The position numbers and the translations under genes were made by a program. The notes beneath the pieces were generated by a model, which had not been told where the DNA came from, did not search any database, and was given only the letters and a program-made list of their open reading frames with translations. From assembly GCA_028534125.1 (NCBI GenBank), contig CM052816.1:19222001-19286000 (forward strand): a stretch of 64,000 nucleotides of DNA. Reading direction: 5' to 3'. Positions 11,440 through 24,470 of this stretch are shown here, piece after piece (within the stretch, counting starts at the first letter, position 1; each line of letters starts with the position of its first letter). This DNA is from Lama glama (taxonomy: Eukaryota).

Positions 11440-13309
11440 TAAATGTTAAATGTTATTTGATTTTTAAACGGGATTTTTAAAAAGCAAATATCAAAGGTGG
11501 AAGAAGTGGAGGCAGAGGCAGAGAAGGAGGAAGGAGGTGAGGGTCATGAGGAGTACCCTAGACTCAGCATGAGGATGCACATACCCTGAGGACCGCTGCC
11601 AGGTCCCCCCTGCCCAGACGAGGCAGAGACATCACTGACCAGCAGCATGTCAGACAGAGTCGGCCTCACGATGACCTCAGGCAGAGGTCAGAGACAGAGC
11701 CAGGATTCTATGCAGAAGCCACTACACAGGAAAAGAAAACAGGGCTGGTCACAAATTGGGACCTCAAGGTACCTGCTTGCACTCTGTGATCCCCGACTGC
11801 AGCTGGCAGTTTGGGCTACAGCTCTGGGGTCTCCCTGACAACTCTTGCTGCTATAGAGGCTTCTGCTGATCACAGGCACCCACCACCCACTGACACCTGC
11901 AAGAGGGAAACTGAGACCCAGACATCCTAAGGCTCATTACAGTTCTGTCCCTGACCTTTGACTTAGAGCTACCACCTTCATGACAGAGACCCCTGCACCG
12001 TGGGTGGAGCAATGCCCTTGCAAGCCTTCCCAGGAGGCTAAAAGACCCTCCAACCAGCACACTCCCCATGGCTGGCTGTCTGCCACTGACTTCCCAGGAC
12101 AAACAGCCCTGACTCGGCCCCGAGCACAGATGTGCTGCCACAGAGAGGGAGGGATGGGCAAAGACTTTCCATCACTGCAGTCTGAATGAGGTCTGCCACC
12201 CTGCCCTTTCATGCCATGATCAAGAGAGGTCCAGGAAGTGACAAAAGTTTCATAGCAGAGGACCAATTACACATGCTAATAACAAGTCCGTGCCGGGGCC
12301 CCAAGTCACTCAGATGGTAGTGGGGATTTACAGCCCAAACCTGATTTCCCAGAACCCAGTGAAGGCAGGAACTGAGAGACACAACCTGACAGAGCCCTCT
12401 TCCAGGTCTCGCTGGGAGCCAGTGTATTTTTAGAGGGCTCTGGCCTCGCCTGCTTGCTGTACTTTATTGCTGGCAGGGAGACGGGAAATTTATTACTTTA
12501 CAAATCATACCATTCGCAGCATAAATGAACTGTCTGGCTGCAGCACGCTCGAGCCCAGATGATTTGCGAAATGTCTAATGGTAAGTGGAGTTATGCTATC
12601 TGCTTACGGCCTCTGAGACAAAAGCCAACCATAACGCAGAGCATCTGCACAGTGTAACTCGAGGCCAGCAAATTGGCTGCGACTCATAAATGTTGGCTCA
12701 GCAGCATTACATAACTTGGAGCGCTTGGCCAGGGACTCAGAGGAACACAGGGCAGCCCCTGGGCCCAGTGAGCCAGCCCTGACGGGGCTGTGGATGACAG
12801 GCAGGGCACCACAGGGGCTCAGGGCCCGAGGTCAAGGCCGGGCCGAGCTCCACAGCCTGGCCAGTCCTGAGGTCTGCTAGCAATCAAGAGGTGGGGTGGG
12901 CTTGGGGGTCTGCTTGGGAAAGGGGGTGCTTGCAACGGCCCTTTTGCTCCAAATTCTCCAAACCCAGACTGGGAGGATGGTCGTGAAATCACTGCAGCCT
13001 CGATGTGTAGACAGGAGCTGGCAGCACCCACGGCCCACAGCGTGGTCCATCCTCTGCTGGTTGGCCTGATCAGCCAGCAGAGCAGGCCGATCATAAGATC
13101 ATCGCTACTGGTAAGCTCAGCCCAGCGCCCAGGATGCAGGACACCACTCGGAGGGAAGAGATGGCACACTGTTCTCAGAGGAAACCAGCAAGTCTCTGGG
13201 TCTCCCTGAGCTTCAGGCTCACATGAGTGGTCATGCCAGGATTCCAATCCAGGCAGTTGTGATTTTGCTCCCATGTATCTACGCTGAGCATGGCACTTAA
13301 TGACCATTA

Positions 13310-13495
13310 TTTTCACAAAACCCTCAAAACAACCTGAGAGGTATGGATATCAAAAGGCCCATTTTACAGGTAAGCAAATTGGAGATCAGAAGAGTCATGT
13401 CCCTTTTCCGAGCTCATACAGTTAGTCAGTGGCAGAGCCAGGATTCAAGCTCAGGATGCTCTGGTTCTGAAGTTTCTGTTCTTCCCACGACACCT
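13310..13495 (-). mobile_element. MIR SINE
   Basis: cccattttacaggtaagcaaattggagatcaga...gtggcagagccaggattcaagctcagg. Confidence 0.8.
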
Positions 13496-16159
13496 GCTTC
13501 CCAGAATCCAGGGCACCATCTTATGGCTTCCCCACCATCTCATACTGTGCTGTATGGGACAATGCCATCAGGTACTCAGTGGGTTGGAAATGTCCAGCAA
13601 TGGGTTAGGAAGAGGCTTCAGAAAAGAGGGGTGGGTGCTTGGACCCTGGGAGCTCTGACTTTGATTGCTCTTAGGTGTAAGCCCCGAGAGATGGGGGCTG
13701 AGCACGCTCCAGGAGGCCTAGGGAAGGAGTGACTGGAGAAAGATTCCAGACCAGGGGCCTTTGAGTCACTCAAACTCTGGCCCAGGAGGAGCAGCAGAGA
13801 TCCTGCTTCAAACAAATTTGCTGCCCACCTGTGGCTCAGGGACTTGTGTGACCTTCAAAGGGCAGGAGAGGCACCCAGCAGAGCTGGCCCATCTGCAAAT
13901 GGGGCCCTGCTTGAGTGCAGAGACAATCCTAAACTCAGTCTTAAAATGTAGCACCAGGAAAAGGTAAACTACTGATTCTCAACCTGTGAAGTCTTTAGGT
14001 TAAAAATAAAAACACTTTCTGAACAGCTGTTTTTAAAACAGAACAGTATTTTAAAACACTTTGATCTTCCAAAATAACAAAGCTGACTTGTTACCATAGA
14101 GAATTTTGACTATGCCACTTGGCATTAAAAATAAAAGGCTGTTTGCTGACTACTCATCTAAAAATAGCCTACTTTTGTTCACAAGTCTTACAAGACAAAT
14201 GCTCGGCCCTGACGACATCATTCTCTCACTATCTCACACACTTCAAGCATTCATTCACCTACTCATTCAGCAAAGCTCACATCTCCAGTTCCAGTAAAGG
14301 CCCAGCAGAAGGGGTCTTTGGATTTCCAACTCCCTCCACGTCACATGCCAAATACAGATTAGGCCCCATGATCTCTGGAGAAGCTTAAATTCAGTTAATG
14401 GACTTTTTATAGCATGTAAACGTCACCCTCAGTAAAGAAGCCTATTAGCCACATAAACAGTACACACGTGTCCACAGGAAGGACAGGCCGCGCGAGGGTG
14501 GCAGCGCCCACTGTCAGCACCCGCATCGCCACTGGGATGAATGTTTTCAGGCGTTCTAACCAGCGCATTGGCACACCTCCATCGGAACCTTTGGGCACAT
14601 AACTAATACCTTGTGTGACAGCCGCTCAGGGGAAGGTGCAGCGGCAACCACTGCTGGGGCTGGTCTTTTAAGAGAACTCCTTCAAGCCCAGGAAACGTGG
14701 CCCTAACCCAGAGAGGAAGCCACAAGGGGATTACTCTGGTCACGGGCTAAGCCACCTTGAACCATGATGGGTCCTAAAGAGGCACGAAAGTGAAGAATGT
14801 TCTTTCTCCCTGTGGCCATGCATTCTAGGAAGCTCACGTGGTTGTCCAACCCGGGGCACGGGGCTCATCTGGGAAAACGGAAGGGAGGAAGGCAAAAAAC
14901 GCTCCTGGACCCAAGTCCAAGTGCTCTCCCAACCCAGTAGCAGGGAACTTGTATGCACAATGCAGCCCTGCGCACCCTCTCCTGGGTGACAGCCTCCCTG
15001 GTGTGTGCCGACAGCAGCAGCAAGGCTCTGAAGGCCCCTCCTGGTACCTTTGATGAGAAAGAGCAAGGCCACGTGCTCCACAGTCTCACCATAGCTGAGG
15101 ACATAAGAAATTGGTTTAATTAACAAGGTCCAGGAAGCAGGGGGTCTTCACATGACTGAATCCAGGGGCCCCAGGAGAATCTAATAGAGGTGTGGACCCT
15201 GTCCCCAGAAAATCTCACACAACACTTTGCATCCAACATCACAGGGAGCTGAGAGGAAGAAATTCTGCCATAAAAGTTCCCCAACACAAGAGGATAGCTG
15301 AGGCAGCCAAGCGATCCCCAGGCAGCTGTGACTCTCCCAGCTCCCTACTTTCTGGAATTTATAAGGAAAGAGCCATGCCTGAGGCCATGAGATGGTCCAT
15401 GACCTCATTCTGGGCCCCGCTGGGGTCTCTGACCACTTCATAGCGGAAATGAAAATGAAGACTCCGGCTAGTCAGTGTCCTAGCATGGTGCCCTCTCTCA
15501 CCTTCAGTTTTCCTGCCTGCACACAGAGGCCATGACTTCCCACCCAGCCCTCCTGGGTGGGGATGCCTCCGCCAGGCTTCAGTTTCCCAGAAGATCCTGC
15601 CTCAGTACTCACAGAGTATACTGGACATGGCCACGGCCATGACCTGCCTGCCCTACCCTGGCCCACTGACAGCCATGTTTTGTATTGCCTGTTCTTCCCG
15701 CTGCCCATGAGGCAATAATCAATGGGCTATCACTGACTGTGAGTTGAGCCAAATTGATTCCCTTCCCTGGAACTCAGAATGAGAAAATGCCCAGAGAACT
15801 GCAATATAACAGCAGTTACAGTTGAAAAATCATGACGTTTCCCAAAGCTGGCTCTCGCAAAGTTGAGAGACAGAAGCCAGGGGCAGAGGAGAGGATGAGA
15901 GCCCCCCAGCATCCAGTGGGGCCCAGAGCCACCGTGATCCAGAAGTTGCCTTCTATAGCTTGAGCTGAGTTGTGAGTTTGCTGCTGGGCCACAGGGGCAC
16001 GAAAACCCATGGTGATTCCATCAAACGTGTCTCCATGGATTAATGTCCTTGAACCTCAGACAGCCACCAGCAGGAAAGGAAGTGGGTTGAGTACAGCCAA
16101 CCCACGCAGGGGGCAGGGGTCTCTGGAATCTGGGCCAGCACTGTAACCCACTGGGGAGC

Positions 16160-16292
16160 CTGAGAACTGCAGACACGTAGACCCCACCCAAGAGCAACGG
16201 ACTGGGTGGGTCTAGGATGGGGCTCTGCGTCTACAGAGTTGTAAAGCTCCCCCAGGTGATCAGGATGCTGGGCCTGGTTTAAGAACCACTAG
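16160..16292. mobile_element. MER5-like hAT fragment
   Basis: aagctcccccaggtgat...ggtttaagaaccact terminal motif. Confidence 0.6.
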
Positions 16293-17699
16293 TTTGGGCC
16301 ATATACCCCCTGCCTCACAAAAACAGAATCCTCAACATCCAGATGGCAGAGAAGAGGGTTTGGGGAGCAGTGTTGTTTTCTGGGAAGCTCCTTATCAGCC
16401 TGGCAAAATCTGTTCTCTTCTCTCTTGGGCCTCCAAATGCTGCCCAGCCTCATCCAGGAAACCTCCCCTTCTTACGTGGACTCCTCCCTGAGCCTCACCC
16501 TCCTCACACTCTGCCTTCCACGTCCCCTGTGGTTTCCGGTCTATACCACACAAAAAACCATCGTCCCTGGGGAGCTCCTGGCCTACTGGGACAGGCCCCT
16601 GTCCTCTAAGGTGTGGAGCCATCTCCAGGCCCCGACGTGGGCTGCATGGATAAGGCTGGCCTTAGGAGAGGGATGGACTCTCTGTTGACCCTGAGGATCT
16701 ATGGTGGCCCCTGAGGCCAGGTGCCCTCGTGGAGGGGAGGCAGGCCCAGCAGGTCTTCACAGGCAGAGGCAAGACACACCGGAGAGCTGAGCTGGGGCCC
16801 CGTGACTCAGCCCAGAACTCAGGATCATTCCAGCAAAACTTTCACATGTCTTCTTAAGTAATGGCACTCAGAAGAGCAGGTATGGGGGAAGCAGGAGTTG
16901 GGAGGAGAGGAGGAAGAGAAGAACCTTTCAGAAGCAACTTCCAACCCAGGCAGGAGGTCAGCTCACCCAAAGCCTGGCCCCAGTGCCAGCCACTGACCTG
17001 GTCCGCCACGGTTCTGAGCAATCAGTGCAGCTGGATGTGTGCAGGCGTGGAGAAGGCCCCACCGTGCAAAATGTGCATTTGATCAAGGTTGAAAACATGG
17101 TGTAACATGAGTTCTCCTGATCTATTGGATTTCTGCGAAAGAGCCCTGAACTCACTCAAGTTCAAGCTCGGGTCTCGGGAAAAATGAGTTTGTTAATTCA
17201 GGCAATTCCCCAGTGGTTAGTAGTTTATACCACATGCTTTGAAACAATGTGGCCTGAGTCAGGGGAGAAGTTGAGTGACTTCCTAGGGGAGGGCCGAGCC
17301 CTATCTGCTGACCTTGACAGGCTCTGCAGCCTCCTGCTCTGGCCGCCCACTCTCTGGGAGCCCCTCCCACGGGGCTCGGGCAAGGGCCCCAGCTCCACGG
17401 CTCGCACAGCCACACAGAGCAGCAGCCCCCGCTGCTCAGGGAGCAGTCGGCTTCCCTACACCCTGCAGACCGGTGAGCTGGCATCTGCCATCACTTGCCG
17501 TTCCAAGAAGCCTGTGCCTCCAGTGGGCACTGGGGTCTACCAGCACCCTGCTACCAAGCAGAGCCAGGGAGCTCATGCTGGCCAGTGTGGATGAGAGGCA
17601 GTGTCAGCCCCACTTGTGAGTTGGTCTCAGGCAGGAAACTGTGGGGAGGATTCTTTTAAGAGAAGATTAATTACCACAGGAAGCTTCCAGGCCACCTGG

Positions 17700-18320
17700 T
17701 AAACTCCATTCCTTCATGAAGGGAATATTTATTGGGCACCTGTTTCATGCCAGTCTCTGTTCTAATCCACAGACACCTCCCAAGTGTGGACCCAGGAGAA
17801 TGTGCAGAGGGGACAGTCACAGGGCAATGATCAACATATATTAACAGCACCTTTCTAGGCCCTTTATAGGAACTAAACATTTAATCCTCACCACAACCCT
17901 TGAGGCAGGCACAGATGAGTAAACTGAGGCACAGATCGATAATTTGCCCAAGGCCACCCAGCTTGGGAGCAGTCGTATGGGCGTCTGGAGTCAGGCAGTC
18001 CAGCTCCAGGACCTTTGCCCTTGATCACCACTGGGTCACTGTCCTCATCATTATCATAATCAAAGCACTGCCCTCCCTGCTTATCTGTCACATGCAGGCA
18101 CATCCTTAGGGTAAACCCTGAGTCCAGGGCTCAACCTGCTGGCTCCCCTGCTCTGTCTCAATGATCTCAGTCAGGATGTTCAATCTCTCAGCTTCTGTTT
18201 CCATCAACTTTAAAACGGAAATGACAATTACCCATGGGGAAATATATAAGAAATAAGGAATATTAAAGTGCTTAGCACTTTGCAATGTCTGCAAATAAAA
18301 GTCTGGTAAAGGTAGCTACT
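17700..18320. mobile_element. Cluster of L2 (-), MIR (-) and MIR (+) fragments
   Basis: atatttattgggcacctg (L2); acagatgagtaaactgaggcacaga...ttgcccaaggccacccagct (MIR-); ctctcagcttctgtttccatcaactttaaaacgg (MIR+). Confidence 0.75.
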
Positions 18321-19632
18321 CTTTAGTAATTATGATTATTAATAACATTATGATATAAATGTTATGTATGTAAAATGCCAATGCACATAAGCCCTGATCA
18401 GACCAAAACTGGGGGAAAATAATGATATTCATGACACTATATACATACCATTATTATTACTTCCAACTGGGCCCCAGTTTCACACTTTACCTAAAGCAAG
18501 TATCTTTACTTCCTATCTGGAAATGCTGTCCAATGCTCCCTTTTTCCACCCCTTCCTCCTCCACCCCCACATCCTCACCACAACCCTGAGCTCAAGCACC
18601 AGGGCCGCCGGGTGTGGGCAACAGACTCTGCCACTACAAACAAGACAAGGAACAAGAAACGCTTGCCACTTTTCAGGGGTTTTAGCATCAAACTCCCTGA
18701 TGAACTTGATATATTTTGGCAGAGTGTTCACTTATAGCTCCTTCCAGTAAGTCCATCAAGATGGAAACATTTGAGCGATGCAAGGCCATGCTGCTCACGG
18801 GGTGGGGAGGCCCTGATACACTGCATCAGCGAGGACTACCTCCAAACACTATCCATTTCTGGATTCTGAACCTCAACAAAAGTGACCACAAAAGTGTGGA
18901 CTCCTTCAGTATCTGATTCTCCGCCTCTGCACGTGGGCACAGGGTGGGGCACTTAAGGCCCAGTCTCACTGTGTCTTCACAGCAGCCCAGCAAGGCAGGG
19001 ATTAGTCCTTCCTGACAGCCAAGGAGCAGGCTGAGGACCAGGGAGGTGCAGAGACTTGCCTGGGGCAGCTCAGTCCGTGGGGTAGAGTTGGGACAGAGCC
19101 AGGTCCTCTGCTTCCTGGACTCTTGGTTGGGGAGGTGGGGGTGGGGCGTTGTGGAAACCCACACTGTACACCCCTGGGAGCCAAAGTCGCTCCTTGTACT
19201 GGCTGCTGGGCCAAGAAGTCACAGCTCTGCCTCACAGCACCCTGGCCGAGTTTTCCATGAAATCATCCAAAGCCAACAGGAGCTCCGGGGACTGTCAGTC
19301 TAGGGTTGCGGCCTCCTCCCTGCCTGTGGGAATCTTCAGCTCCCCCAGGCCTAAGCGCAGTCCACTCTCCCCACACACAGGGGAAACGTGGTGAAGGCTA
19401 GCCCAGGCTCCCAGACAAGCCCGCCTAGTGCCCAGGGGGACAGCTACACCAGGCCCCACCTAGCTGGCTGCAGTCTCCCCAGTGCCAACAGCGGCACTCA
19501 CTGAAGGACCAGACATGGAGAGGCTGAGCTCCCCAAGGCACCCATCCCAGCCCCACCGCACGCCAGACACCAAAGGCCCACAACTGTCTCCCCGTACATA
19601 CAAACAGACGCCCTAATCCCAGCTCAGCAGCA

Positions 19633-19644
19633 TGCGCATGCGCA
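19633..19644. promoter_or_regulatory. NRF1 motif
   Basis: Perfect palindrome TGCGCATGCGCA in a locally CpG-enriched, repeat-free segment. Confidence 0.55.
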
Positions 19645-20677
19645 CACGCACCTTTCACACTCGTGGCAGCAGGCCTGGAAGCAATCAACGGGCAAGCGGC
19701 AGCTGGACACGGAGGGCAGCTGAGGGATACGGGCCCTACGCCCCTTCCCCATGCAGAGTAGTGAGAGGAGCAAGAAGGGAAGATGGGGGCTGACCCAGGC
19801 TGCTCTGCCTCCGGGACGAGCCTGTTCAACACCCGACCCAGCAGCACACGGCACGGAGAGATGAGAAATGGGCCCGCTTTCCGCCCCACCAAATCCTTCA
19901 GGGTGACCACTGAAGCTGCGAAAAATCAATTTTCTGCAGCATCGTCGGAAGCCAGGATTTATTCTCGGAGTGCACAGAGCTCTTGGCTCAACTGTTTCCC
20001 ATCAGCCCCTCCAGGCTTTCAGGCCGCTGAGCACAGCCCACTGCCTCCCTTGCCCCTCGATGCTCAAGCCCACGCCCAAGGGTGTGCCAGTGAGAGGAAC
20101 AGAGGCCCTGAGAGGGAAAACCAAGCTAGGTGTAGGGATTCCTCCAATAACACCACCTCACCCTTCCAGAGCACCAGACTGTCTGCAGAGGACCCTCACT
20201 CTCGCACATACCTGCGCTGGGAGACAAGACTAAACTCAGGGAGAGGATAGGAGGGCCGATTTCCTGCCAGGCCTGGGAATCACAGGGCAGGTGAGAATCT
20301 CTAGGTGGTGACATCAGTTCCTGCGTGCTGACTGCCCAGGGCGCTGGGCCAGGGCTGAGCCCCTCCCCACCCCACCCCATCCCCCTCAGCTGCAGGACCT
20401 GACTGGGGAGGCTCCTAACTGTCGGGACCACAGCTGCCAGCATGGATGCGCTAATGCACGGGCAACATCTGTCACACACAGCCAGCGTTCAGCAAGGGAC
20501 ACATTTGACCTGGTCATGCCCCTAGGGGCCCCAGAATCATGGCTGTAACTCTGCAGTAAGGCCTACTGAGCCAGGTGGCCACCTGTGTGTGGCCCGGGCA
20601 CATCCTTTACTGAAGGCTCAGTCCTCATTCTCACCCCAGTCACTCTACAGATCCCAGAGGGGTTTTCAGTTTGCTCT

Positions 20678-20863
20678 CAGTGGTTCTCAAGGTGTGGTCC
20701 CTGGACCAGCAGCAGCAGCATCACCTGAGAACTGGAATGAAACGCATTCTCAGGCCCCACCCCAGGCCTCCTCAATCAGAAATCTGGGGGTGGAGCTCAG
20801 CAGCGTGTGTCTTAACAAGCCCTCTAGGTGACTCTGACACAGGCTGAAGCTTGAGAACCACAG
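20678..20863. mobile_element. MER5A, full length
   Basis: TIRs CAGTGGTTCTCAA...TTGAGAACCACAG; internal ccagcagcagcagcatcacctgagaact and ttaacaagccctctaggtga. Confidence 0.92.
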
Positions 20864-21169
20864 CTCTGGATGCCATGCTGTTTGGAGGCAGAGCAGAAAC
20901 AGGATGTGGGGCCAGCAGAGCAGCCCCTCTGCTCTCCTTCAGCCCAAGGCGCTGTACCCATCTTTCAAGCTAGTAAGCCTTTTGCTCCCATGGGCTTCTC
21001 CTCTGTGTGGAGCTGGGGTCCTTCTGGGCCCCCTCACCCCCAGGAGGCTGAGAGGCTACCCCACTACTCACTGCAGACCCTCAAACCCCAAGCACCTAGT
21101 TTCATCATATGTTGATGAATATCAAACTTTATTCACATCATAATTAAAATAATATATACAACACACACT

Positions 21170-21565
21170 GACCACATTCCCTTCTCAGGGGCCTTTGCTG
21201 CTCCCTAAGATAGAACAGAACTCTCCTCTCATACCCAGGACTCTTTACTCAGGTCTCCAAGCAGTGCCACCTCTTCAAAGAGGCCAGTCCTGCCCATCCG
21301 AAGGCCATCAGCTCTATCTCTTACCCAGATAACTTTTTCTGCATCTCCACCTAATTTTTCATATATATGTTTGTGTGTATATATATATATATACACACAC
21401 ATTTGTTTGTGGGGGTTTGGTTTGGTTTGGTTTTTGGTCTATTTCCCTCTCTAGACTGTAAACTCCATGAGGACAGGGATCTCATCTGTTCACTGCTACA
21501 TCCTCAGTGCCTCGAACATGCCTGTCACATAGTAGGAGCTCAATAAACGTACTGGTGAGTGAAGG
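21170..21565 (+). mobile_element. L2 3' fragment containing (TA)n/(GGTTT)n repeats
   Basis: ctagactgtaaactccatgaggacaggga...cacatagtaggagctcaataaa. Confidence 0.85.
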
Positions 21566-24279
21566 CACGCATAGCTCTGAAACCAAAATCAGAGCTATCC
21601 GCTCCTCGTATTTATCAAACTTGAACACATAAAAAGCCGAGGCAAACTTGGAAATTAAATCCACACAAAACTACCAACAAATTAGATGATGTGTTCTGCT
21701 CAAGTTCAATTGCCAAGAATGGGTTTAATAGTAGAAAGATGTGGCCTCGAGCCAGTTCTGTTTCTGTATTTTGGTGTAATTAATACTGACACAGAAAGTG
21801 AATGCCTGCAAACAGATGTATGCAAACAAAGTGGCATTAATAACTTTAAGACTTTGTTTGCAAGGACAACCAGCCTTCATACAAAACCAAAACCCTGCAC
21901 ATGAGCCCGCAGCACCAATTTTAACAAGGGATTACTTGATAACTGTAGAGTGGTCCTGTTCACTTGAAGCCACACTGGCCTTACGGTCATATTAAAATCT
22001 GCCTTAAATAAACTCTTAATCTCCTAATCCTAATTCTAGCAATCTCTCCAGTGACTGCCAGTGAACTCTAGCCAGTTGCTGTGTGTCTGTTTGCCATATG
22101 AATGTGACGCTGGCCACCAGCAAACGGTGCCTTGGCCTCTGGCAAGACCCACTGGCGTGTGTCTTGTTCTGCCCTCACTTTTCTCTATCTAAACCAATGT
22201 AACCTAACTAAACTCCTTCTCTCAGTGGACAATGGCTATATTTGGCCTTCCCTTGGAGCAAACATGAACAAACAAATACAGCAGCACCATCCCAAAGACA
22301 TGCAAATGTTTCTTAAATCATCCAGCAATACCAGGTTACAAGGTGGGTACCAAGATAATATAAATAAGGTCATGTGAATTCTAAGAATTTTCATCAGGAT
22401 GGAAACGCAGATCTTTGAGAGCTAAAAAAATAGGGCCCTGAGCCACTGATCTCTTCCCCTATTCAAGGATCTGGGCACCTGTCACCAAACCCCTCCAGGG
22501 AACACAGCAGAGCACTGCTGTGCAGCGTTCGAGCACAGAGACTAGGCACAGTCTTACCAGTCGGAACACAACCATCAAGCCACCAGGGAACTATTAAAGT
22601 TCCTCTCCCAGCAGTGCCCACGTGGAACTGCAAATCAGCTCACTGGCTTCACACATGTTCTGAAACGGCTCTGTAATTTTGGCATCTGCAAGGACTTTCC
22701 AGGGATGAAGACATAATGGGTGCCAAAGGTTTAATTAAAAATTTATGGGAGAAAAGCGTACACTTGAGAACATTATATTCACTCTCTCCAGTTTGGGTTT
22801 TGTTTTCTCTGCCAATATGGACAAGAGCACCGTGCTTCTGTTTCATGGGGGACCTAGAAGTCCTGGGCTGCACAGTGAGGGGGCTGCCTGCAGGGGGAGT
22901 CCTTCTGCCATGGGACCAGGCACTGGCAGGCAGCCCAAATGCTCATCCTGACCTGGCACCTGTCCTCAGGGTGGGTGCCAAGACCAGCCACCCCTGAGGT
23001 CAGGCGTCAGGTTCAACTGGCCAAGGGTTCGCTTTATCCCATCTCCTGTCTGCACGCAGGCCCCCAGCAGCACCATGGGACTTGGCGGAGTCTCCTAAGA
23101 CTCAGCTCCCTGGGGCATCAGCCTAGAGCAAAAGCAATTCTCCTTCCCAGTCATGCCTCATATCACCGCTCTTTCTTTCCAGATGCTGAGGGTGGTTTTC
23201 AGGGCAGTAAGTTCCTCCGCAGGCTGGAGGAAGTTTTTCTGACTCTCTCCAAGGCGTCAGGCTGCTTATTCCTGTGATCTGAGGGCCAGCCCCTTACCCT
23301 CCTGGCGGTCGGACACACACACACACTCTACCCTGGCAAACGCAGCCTCCTGCCCAGACAGCCTCCAACAGAAGGGAGTGCCCTGTTTGCTGAGAAAGCA
23401 TCGCTCTGTGTCAGTTACCTCCACTCACCACTCAGGTGCGAGGGTGAAGCCAGGAACCTACAGAGACAAAGGCCTGGCAGCCCCACCAAGCTGGGGGAAA
23501 AACAGGCCAGCCCAGGGCGTGGCGTCCACAGGGAGGAACAGGCCCAGGACTACTTCCTTAGCCAGGGGCAGCACCACCCACCTTCCAGGGAGGGAGCGCC
23601 CCTTGCAGGGACCCCCAAGTCTTGGCTCCGTGCCCACCTTCCCCTCACCTGACCTCAGGGAGGTCTCTGTGCTTTCCCACGTGGCCAGTGGCCCCCAGCA
23701 TGCCCACAAGCAGGCCCTGACTTTCACCTCAAGGACCCTAGAAAGGAGACTGGGGTTCCAAAAGGAAAAGGGGCTTGTCCAGGCCCCCCACCAACCAAGC
23801 CCCACTCTTGATGGGAAAGAAACCAAGACCCTCCCAGAAACACGTTTCACTTAATGGCAACATTCTTTTCCCACATCTTTACTTAAAAAGGCTTTCTCTG
23901 AGAAACTTCTGACAATTAGCCTCACTAAAGCAAGGGGGACTTAGAAGTGACAATGAAAGCAGTCTGATCGGGCCACGCACCCCACAGCACATTTCCTCAC
24001 CAGCTCCCCAGGCAAGGAGGCTAAGGGGAAATGGTGCGGGGCCCAGCCCTGTGGCTGGAGGTGGGGCATCTCAAGCTGTGACCCCCCAGTAACCTCAGTT
24101 GCAGGCTGGTTCCTGTCTCATCCAAGCCACGACACACTGAGAGGCGAAGGTGCATCTCAAGGGGGGAGGGGCCTCGGAAGGGGGTACATTGGGGTGCTGG
24201 ATCTGAGCTCTGGGAGAAGTCACCAACTAGTGAATGGCTCAGTCACCCCCCACCCCTGCCTCCAGCAACCCAGCATTTT

Positions 24280-24470
24280 CTACGTATGCACCAGGTGGGG
24301 TGCCAGGCCCTACGCCAACACTCAGTCCTCACAACAATACGAGGAAAGACATTGTTCCCAACTGGCAGAGGAGGTCACTGAGGCTCAAGGCGGGTCTCCG
24401 TTTGCTCAATAACTGAATAACTTAGTGACTTAAAGTAACTTGCCCGTGGTGCCAGTCAGGATGTGGCAGG
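24280..24470 (-). mobile_element. MIR fragment
   Basis: cagaggaggtcactgaggctca...aagtaacttgccc. Confidence 0.6.
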
